From assembly GCA_028712605.1 (NCBI GenBank), contig JAQTPV010000001.1:1-62352 (forward strand): DNA of 62,352 nucleotides. Reading direction: 5' to 3'. Below the pieces are notes generated by a model, which did no database searches, was not told the DNA's origin, and saw nothing but the letters and a program-made list of their open reading frames with translations. The DNA comes from Minisyncoccota bacterium. Lineage in GTDB: Bacteria; Patescibacteriota; Minisyncoccia; Minisyncoccales; CG1-02-41-26. The position numbers and the translations under genes were made by a program. The first letter of the stretch is position 1; every line of letters starts with the position of its first letter. Positions 56,893 through 62,352 of this stretch are shown piece after piece.

Positions 56893-57507
56893 TTAAGACT
56901 CCAATAGTGCCTTAATTTTCATTCTGATAATCTTCTCGCTTCTCTCATGCTCATCCAGCTTAGAAGAAATATATTTTATTTTTCTTTTAACCTGCGGGAT
57001 GATTACGTACTCTAAAGCATTGACCCTGCGCCTGGTCTTTTCAATCTCAAAAGACAAAAGGCGGGCGGAATGTTCTTGAGCAGCTAATTGAAGCATCAAC
57101 TCCAATGAGTCCCAAAAGCTTAGCAGAACTGACCGCAAGCCTAAGGGTGCAGAAAAATCAGAATAGGTTTTAAAGTCACCCTCAATCTTGTGCTGAAACT
57201 TGGGTATCCAAACACTCATAACATTTTCCTGCTCTACCGCCACCAACACTTTGGCTGAGGGGGCTAAAAATATCTCCTCCAGTTCTTTTTGATGCAAAAA
57301 GGCAGTAGTTAAAACAAACCTTTTAAAGCTATCTGCTAATTTTTCTTCCAAAACTTTTCTTTGGCTCTTGGTTTGCCTAATCAACTCCATAAATCTCTTC
57401 ATCAGGCCATCTCTTTTATCTTTCAAAAGCTTGTGTCCATGCTGAGCAGTTTTTAGCTGCCGCTTAAGATGGAGATATTCCATTCTAGTTGCCTTAATTG
57501 ATTCCAT
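56893..57507 (-). CDS. ntpD: V/A-type ATPase subunit D
   Basis: ATRMEYLHLKRQLKTAQHGHKLLKDKRDGLMKRF is the characteristic N-terminus. Follows subunit B. Confidence 0.85.
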   Translation of the reverse strand: MESIKATRMEYLHLKRQLKTAQHGHKLLKDKRDGLMKRFMELIRQTKSQRKVLEEKLADSFKRFVLTTAFLHQKELEEIFLAPSAKVLVAVEQENVMSVWIPKFQHKIEGDFKTYSDFSAPLGLRSVLLSFWDSLELMLQLAAQEHSARLLSFEIEKTRRRVNALEYVIIPQVKRKIKYISSKLDEHERSEKIIRMKIKALLES

Positions 57508-57513
57508 AAAATA

Positions 57514-58893
57514 TTACAAAACGGAGGGCTGAAGATATTTGTTAATATATTCTTCCTTAACCCTTTTCATCTCACTTCTGGGCAGTAAGGCTAATAATTG
57601 CCAGCCTAAATCCAAGGTTTGTTGGATGGTGCGATCTTCATAATAACCCTGGTTAACAAATTTCTTCTCAAACTCATCGGCAAACTTCAAATAGGCCTTA
57701 TCAACTTCTGATAGAGCAGACTCTCCCAAGATCAAAGATAGCTCCCTTACCTCCCTACCTTTAGCATAGAAAGCAAATAACTGATTTAAAACACCAGAAT
57801 GGTCCTCTCTGGTTTTACCTTCTCCGATTCCCTTGTCTTTCAGGCGCGACAAAGAAGGCAAAACGTCAACCGGTGGGTAAAGCCCTCTTCGGTGCAAATC
57901 ACGGGAGAGTAAAATTTGACCTTCGGTAATATAGCCTGACAAATCAGGGATGGGATGGGTAATGTCATCTTCGGGCATAGTTAAAATAGGAATTTGAGTG
58001 ATGGATCCCGTTTTGTCTTTAATCCTACCGGCTCGTTCGTAAATAGTAGCCAAATCAGTGTATAAATAACCCGGGTAACCCCTTCGGCCCGGCACTTCTT
58101 TCCGAGCGGCCGACACCTCTCTTAACGCTTCGCAGTAATTGGTCATATCTGTTAAAATCACCAAAACCTGCATACCTTTTTCAAAGGCTAAAAACTCCGC
58201 GGCCGTTAAAGCAATCCTGGGCAAGGTGATTCTCTCAATTACAGGATCGTCAGCTAAGTTAATAAATACCACGGCCTTACTTAAGGCCCCAGTCTTCTTA
58301 AACTCTTCAATAAAAAATTCAGCCTCCTCAAAAGTAATCCCCATCGCCCCGAAAACCACAGAGAACTGTTCAGTACTACCCAAAACCTTAGCCTGACGGG
58401 CGATTTGAGCAGCCACCATAGAATGAGGAAGGCCAGCACCAGAAAAAATAGGCAATTTCTGGCCACGAACTAAAGTGTTTAAACCGTCAATAGTGGAAAT
58501 ACCGGTTTGGATAAAATCATTAGGATATGCCCGCCTGTACGGATTAATTGGGCTACCATTGACATCCAAGTATTTTTCAGCAGCTACTTCTGGTCCGCCA
58601 TCTTTAGGAGTCCCAGCGCCATTAAAAACCCTACCCAGCATTTCCGCAGCAACCGGCAGCTTCATAGTTTTCCCCAAGAATCTGGCTTTGGAATTTTTCA
58701 GGTTTAAGCCCCTAATATCTTCAAAGACCTGCACAATGGCCTTACCCTCGCTAGCCTCTAATACCTTACCCCGCTTTCTGGTACCGTCCTGCATTTCAAT
58801 CTCCACCAGCTCCTCATATTTAATACCCTCAACATCGTAAACAACCAATAAGGGACCGGCTGCATCTCTGATAGTTGTGTATGTTTTTAACAT
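57514..58893 (-). CDS. ntpB: V/A-type ATPase subunit B
   Basis: [14 protein letters not shown]..., [24 protein letters not shown]. Start moved to the Met at 58893. Confidence 0.95.
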   Translation of the reverse strand: MLKTYTTIRDAAGPLLVVYDVEGIKYEELVEIEMQDGTRKRGKVLEASEGKAIVQVFEDIRGLNLKNSKARFLGKTMKLPVAAEMLGRVFNGAGTPKDGGPEVAAEKYLDVNGSPINPYRRAYPNDFIQTGISTIDGLNTLVRGQKLPIFSGAGLPHSMVAAQIARQAKVLGSTEQFSVVFGAMGITFEEAEFFIEEFKKTGALSKAVVFINLADDPVIERITLPRIALTAAEFLAFEKGMQVLVILTDMTNYCEALREVSAARKEVPGRRGYPGYLYTDLATIYERAGRIKDKTGSITQIPILTMPEDDITHPIPDLSGYITEGQILLSRDLHRRGLYPPVDVLPSLSRLKDKGIGEGKTREDHSGVLNQLFAFYAKGREVRELSLILGESALSEVDKAYLKFADEFEKKFVNQGYYEDRTIQQTLDLGWQLLALLPRSEMKRVKEEYINKYLQPSVL

Positions 58894-58921
58894 AAATTTA
58901 TAATTAATTGATTGCAAAAGG

Positions 58922-60676
58922 TTAAACTTTTTCCACTTCTCCATTCAGTATTTCAAATTGCCCTAAGCCTTGTTCCGGTATCAGCTTCATCTTAGCCACC
59001 TTATCTTTTAGCTCCCCGCTCAAAAGATCGCTAACGGTCTTGCCTTGTCCAATGCCTTTCTCACCTTTTTCAAAGATATTCATAATGGTTTTAAGCATTA
59101 AATACTGCTTCTTTAAAGAGGTAAAAGAATCCTCATCCACAAAAGCATTTTGATGCAGGAAGTCTTCTCTAATAATCTTAGCAACTTCCAGCCAAAATTG
59201 ATCACGAACCGACAAGGCCTCCACACCCACCAGTCTGACTATTTCCATTAATTCCGCCTCTTTTTGCAAAATTGCTAAGGCCTTTTCTCGGAAATTACCA
59301 AAACCGCTTCCCGCTTCTTTTTCAAAAAACTCTTTCAGGTTCTCATTATACAAAGAATAGCTGGTCAACCAGTTAATAGCTGGAAAATGACGCTTGTAGG
59401 CCAATGCGGCGTCCAAAGCCCAAAATACCTTAGTCACCCGCAAGGTATTTTGGGTAACAGGTTCAGACAAATCACCACCTGGAGGAGAAACAGCGCCCAC
59501 CACCGTCAAGTAGCCAAGCCTATTATCATTGCCCAAGCATTGAACAGCTCCCGCCCGTTCGTAAAAAGCAGCGGTGCGAGATCCTAAGTAAGCTGGGTAA
59601 CCCTCATCACCCGGCATCTCTTCTAGTCTGCCTGAAATCTCTCTTAAGGCTTCGGCCCACCTGGAAGTTGAGTCAGCCAAAATAGCTACTGAATAACCCA
59701 TATCCCGAAAATACTCGGCAATAGTAATACCGGTATAGACAGAGGCCTCACGAGCAGCCACTGGCATATTAGAAGTGTTAGCAATCAAAACTGTGCGCTC
59801 CATCAAAGGGCGATTCGTCCTGGGATCCTTTAGCTCAGGAAATTCCATTAACAAATCCGTCATTTCATTACCCCGCTCACCGCAACCCACAAACACAATG
59901 ACATCAGCATCTGACCACTTGGCAAACTGATGTTGAACCACAGTTTTACCACTCCCAAAAGGTCCCGGCACGCAACCGGCTCCACCCTTAGCAATCGGGA
60001 AAAAAGTATCAATCACTCGCTGCCCAGTAACCAAACCGCTATTGGGCACTAATTTTTTCTTAGAGGGCCGCGGTGTTCTGATGGGCCATTTTTGCGATAA
60101 GGTTACAATTTGTTCTTTCCCGCCAGTTCTGATTTTAGCTACCACCTCATCTAAAACATAATCCCCGGCTTTAACCATAAAAGAAATTTCGCCTGCTGGG
60201 AAATTAGGCGGCACCATTATTTTGTGTTTCAATAAAGCAGTTTCTTGCACTTCAGCAATAATGTCTCCGGGCTCCACCTGATCACCCTCTTTTTTCAGAG
60301 GCCGCAAGGGCCATTTTTTGCCGGCCCTAAGTGCCCTGGCCTCCAAGCCTCGACTGATAAAATCTCCGGATTTATCAGCCAAATCATTCAGAGGCCGCTG
60401 AATACCGTCATAAATTCCGGACATCATGCCGGGGCCTAATTCTACTGTCAGCGGTTCGCCAGTCAAATAAACCGGCTCACCGGGCCCAACGCCTGAAGTC
60501 TCCTCGTAAACTTGAATAAATACATTGTCTCCTTCCACCCTAATAACCTCCCCAATCAACTGGGCCTCCCCCGCCTTAACTACTTCATACATTTTGGCCC
60601 CAGGTAAACCAATGGCCACCACTAAAGGACCCGCTACCTTGATAATTTTTCCTGTTGTTGATGCTTCTTGCGTCAT
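58922..60676 (-). CDS. ntpA: V/A-type ATPase catalytic subunit A
   Basis: Walker [10 protein letters not shown], non-homologous insert region, [10 protein letters not shown]. Confidence 0.95.
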   Translation of the reverse strand: MTQEASTTGKIIKVAGPLVVAIGLPGAKMYEVVKAGEAQLIGEVIRVEGDNVFIQVYEETSGVGPGEPVYLTGEPLTVELGPGMMSGIYDGIQRPLNDLADKSGDFISRGLEARALRAGKKWPLRPLKKEGDQVEPGDIIAEVQETALLKHKIMVPPNFPAGEISFMVKAGDYVLDEVVAKIRTGGKEQIVTLSQKWPIRTPRPSKKKLVPNSGLVTGQRVIDTFFPIAKGGAGCVPGPFGSGKTVVQHQFAKWSDADVIVFVGCGERGNEMTDLLMEFPELKDPRTNRPLMERTVLIANTSNMPVAAREASVYTGITIAEYFRDMGYSVAILADSTSRWAEALREISGRLEEMPGDEGYPAYLGSRTAAFYERAGAVQCLGNDNRLGYLTVVGAVSPPGGDLSEPVTQNTLRVTKVFWALDAALAYKRHFPAINWLTSYSLYNENLKEFFEKEAGSGFGNFREKALAILQKEAELMEIVRLVGVEALSVRDQFWLEVAKIIREDFLHQNAFVDEDSFTSLKKQYLMLKTIMNIFEKGEKGIGQGKTVSDLLSGELKDKVAKMKLIPEQGLGQFEILNGEVEKV

Positions 60677-60716
60677 ATAATTTGCAGATTAAATTTTAAA
60701 AATTAAATAAGAGTAC

Positions 60717-61034
60717 TTATGGGTCAGCAACCAGGGTGTCGCTACCTAAGGCTCTCTCCATAATTCTTTTCAAACTTTCTCGCCCCTTTTCTCCAACACC
60801 CGAAACACCTGGCACCACCAAAACTGCTGGCAAGGCCCCCCTCATCAATAATTCTATTTCCTGGCCGTACTTCTGCATCATATCTTCAGTGACAAAAATT
60901 ACAGCAAAGTCACCCTCCCTAATCTGTTGAAGAGTGATATTCAAATCACTTTCGTTGGAAACTCCAAACGTTTGGATGCCCAAGGCCTGAAAGGCTAAAA
61001 CCGATTTTTTCTCTCCGATAATACCTATTTTCAT
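60717..61034 (-). CDS. ntpF: V/A-type ATPase subunit F
   Basis: MKIGIIGEKKSVLAFQALGI...AVIFVTEDM, and position between C and A. Confidence 0.7.
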   Translation of the reverse strand: MKIGIIGEKKSVLAFQALGIQTFGVSNESDLNITLQQIREGDFAVIFVTEDMMQKYGQEIELLMRGALPAVLVVPGVSGVGEKGRESLKRIMERALGSDTLVADP

Positions 61035-61060
61035 AAGATTAGCTGCACAATAATTAACTA

Positions 61061-62065
61061 TCAAATCGGCAGTAAAAGTTTTTCAATTTCTACCGTACTT
61101 AAATTATTGTCTTTCGCGAATAAAATTAAACGAATATTAAAATGACTGTTCATCTTGCGGTGGAAAAAGGCTAACACCTTTTCTAGGCCACAAGCCGTGT
61201 TCCTAGCTTTTTCCAAAACCCTATGGCTCAAGAACTTCTGCAAGCCCTGTTCTAAAAAAATTTCTGATTTATGCTTCAAAAAATCCTCAATTAAGAAAGA
61301 AAGATTTAAAATCTCTAAAAATTTAGCCAAGTTTTGTTCGGGGGTTTCCCCACCCTGATGAGCTAACAACTTCTGAATGTCCTGGGTTTTTAGATTGCCT
61401 CCCGATATGAACCAGCTATGACCATTCTGACGCACTGTGCTCTTAATATTGGCCACATCAATCTCCAGCCTCACCAGCTCAACCAAAAAAGAAGAAAGCT
61501 TTTTGGCTAGTTGAGCCTTAACTTGAAAATAAGCCTTATCTACCGCTGTTTCAATGGCTACTGAATCAATGGCTCCCATTTGATTTAATTCTGTTTGAGT
61601 CAAAAGCATAATGCGCTCCAGACATTCACTGCCCCCAGTTAACCGTTCGGCTAACAAATCTTCTACGGATTGATTTTTTTGCCAAACCTGCCCCACCCTC
61701 GTCACTAATCTTTGGTAGGGAATAAGCGTACAAAGAAAAGGCTCCATGCTTTGCGCTTGGCCTTTAAGCAGAAGCTCTTTTAAAGCAATCTTTAAATTCC
61801 AAACCTCAAAGGTTAGAAAGAGGTAAGCCGCCAGTTTGCCTTGGTCGTCTAAAATATTGGCCAATTTAGCCTTAAGGGCCACCAAGTCTTTTTCAAAAAT
61901 TTTTTCAATTTCTTCAGTACCAACGGTTAGCTCACCCAAATCTGTGTCAAAAAGAACCAAAAAAGCGTTGGCTTTGTCTGGAGCAGTCAACATCCTCTCC
62001 TGATCATTCCTGCTTAATATTCTCTTTTCCCAAATATTTATCACGCCGCTAGCAAACTCGTACAT
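61061..62065 (-). CDS. ntpC: V/A-type ATPase subunit C
   Basis: 334-aa helical protein at the position subunit C occupies in E-C-F-A-B-D operons. The assignment rests mainly on synteny and size. Confidence 0.65.
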   Translation of the reverse strand: MYEFASGVINIWEKRILSRNDQERMLTAPDKANAFLVLFDTDLGELTVGTEEIEKIFEKDLVALKAKLANILDDQGKLAAYLFLTFEVWNLKIALKELLLKGQAQSMEPFLCTLIPYQRLVTRVGQVWQKNQSVEDLLAERLTGGSECLERIMLLTQTELNQMGAIDSVAIETAVDKAYFQVKAQLAKKLSSFLVELVRLEIDVANIKSTVRQNGHSWFISGGNLKTQDIQKLLAHQGGETPEQNLAKFLEILNLSFLIEDFLKHKSEIFLEQGLQKFLSHRVLEKARNTACGLEKVLAFFHRKMNSHFNIRLILFAKDNNLSTVEIEKLLLPI

Positions 62066-62072
62066 AAAAAAA

Positions 62073-62352
62073 TTAAGAAAACAAAGTGGCTAAAATCACC
62101 GGATCAGTTCTCTCCCGATTCTGGTTTAAAAGTTGAGAAAAACACAAATCAATCTCAACCCCCAAAGCAAGCACCAAAAACCCTTCTTCGGGCAAACCGT
62201 CGTGCACAGCTATCCGGCTATCCGTCAGAAGATGCTTCAAAAGAGGGGCCGTTCTTTTACCTGCCCGCACCTTACCCTCAAGGCCCCTGGGCAGGGTTCG
62301 GACCAGCTTAGTTAAAATCTTTTTCAGTTCGCCGTCGCTTAACTGGCTAAGT
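62073..62352 (-). CDS. ntpE: V/A-type ATPase subunit E, C-terminal part (5' end outside the window)
   Basis: The reading frame stays open from the window edge (LSQLSDGELKKILTKLVRTLPRGLEGKVRAGKRT...) to the stop at 62073. The track shows only the GTG-initiated tail. Assignment is by synteny. Confidence 0.55.
   Translation of the reverse strand, partial: LSQLSDGELKKILTKLVRTLPRGLEGKVRAGKRTAPLLKHLLTDSRIAVHDGLPEEGFLVLALGVEIDLCFSQLLNQNRERTDPVILATLFS

Overview
AT-rich, tightly packed bacterial window with about 65 protein genes (most on the minus strand), two tRNAs, and no rRNA, CRISPR array or recognisable transposase.

The gene content suggests a small-genome fermentative bacterium, plausibly CPR/Patescibacteria-like; that is an inference only. 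It includes [FeFe]-hydrogenase with a NuoF-like subunit, indolepyruvate:ferredoxin oxidoreductase, glutamate dehydrogenase, pyruvoyl arginine decarboxylase, NifS/IscU, ThiI, MnmA, ThyA/FolA, MurI, a ComEC fragment carrying only the MBL domain, and many secreted or membrane-anchored hypothetical proteins.

Recognisable modules, in window order:
- **Copper-resistance operon:** a Cys-rich mini-ORF, csoR, an HMA/membrane/cupredoxin fusion and copA, with a perfect palindromic operator candidate upstream.
- **Hydrogenase module:** hydA plus a nuoF-like gene.
- **MacAB-like exporter:** HlyD adaptor, ABC ATPase and FtsX-type permease.
- **iorAB-thiI cluster.**
- **nifS-iscU pair.**
- **Two ATPase operons:** a complete F1Fo operon lies directly downstream of, and co-oriented with, a V/A-type ATPase operon (E-C-F-A-B-D; E is cut by the window edge).

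The signals I rate as most interesting are not protein genes:
1. Two copies of a GC-rich ~90-nt core, each enclosed by a long closing stem of unrelated sequence (18679-18803 and 24264-24390).
2. Two paralogous ~145-155-nt leader elements that end exactly at the start codons of unrelated small genes and can form mutually exclusive helices (6154-6296 minus strand; 49324-49478 plus strand).
3. An ~850-bp stretch with no convincing gene (30.15-31.0 kb), carrying only two SD-preceded, Lys/Arg-rich mini-ORFs joined across an A8 run.

Everything here is read by eye from the sequence and the ORF track. Family assignments rest on motifs I recognise, not on database searches. Coordinates of RNA and regulatory elements are good to a few nucleotides only.
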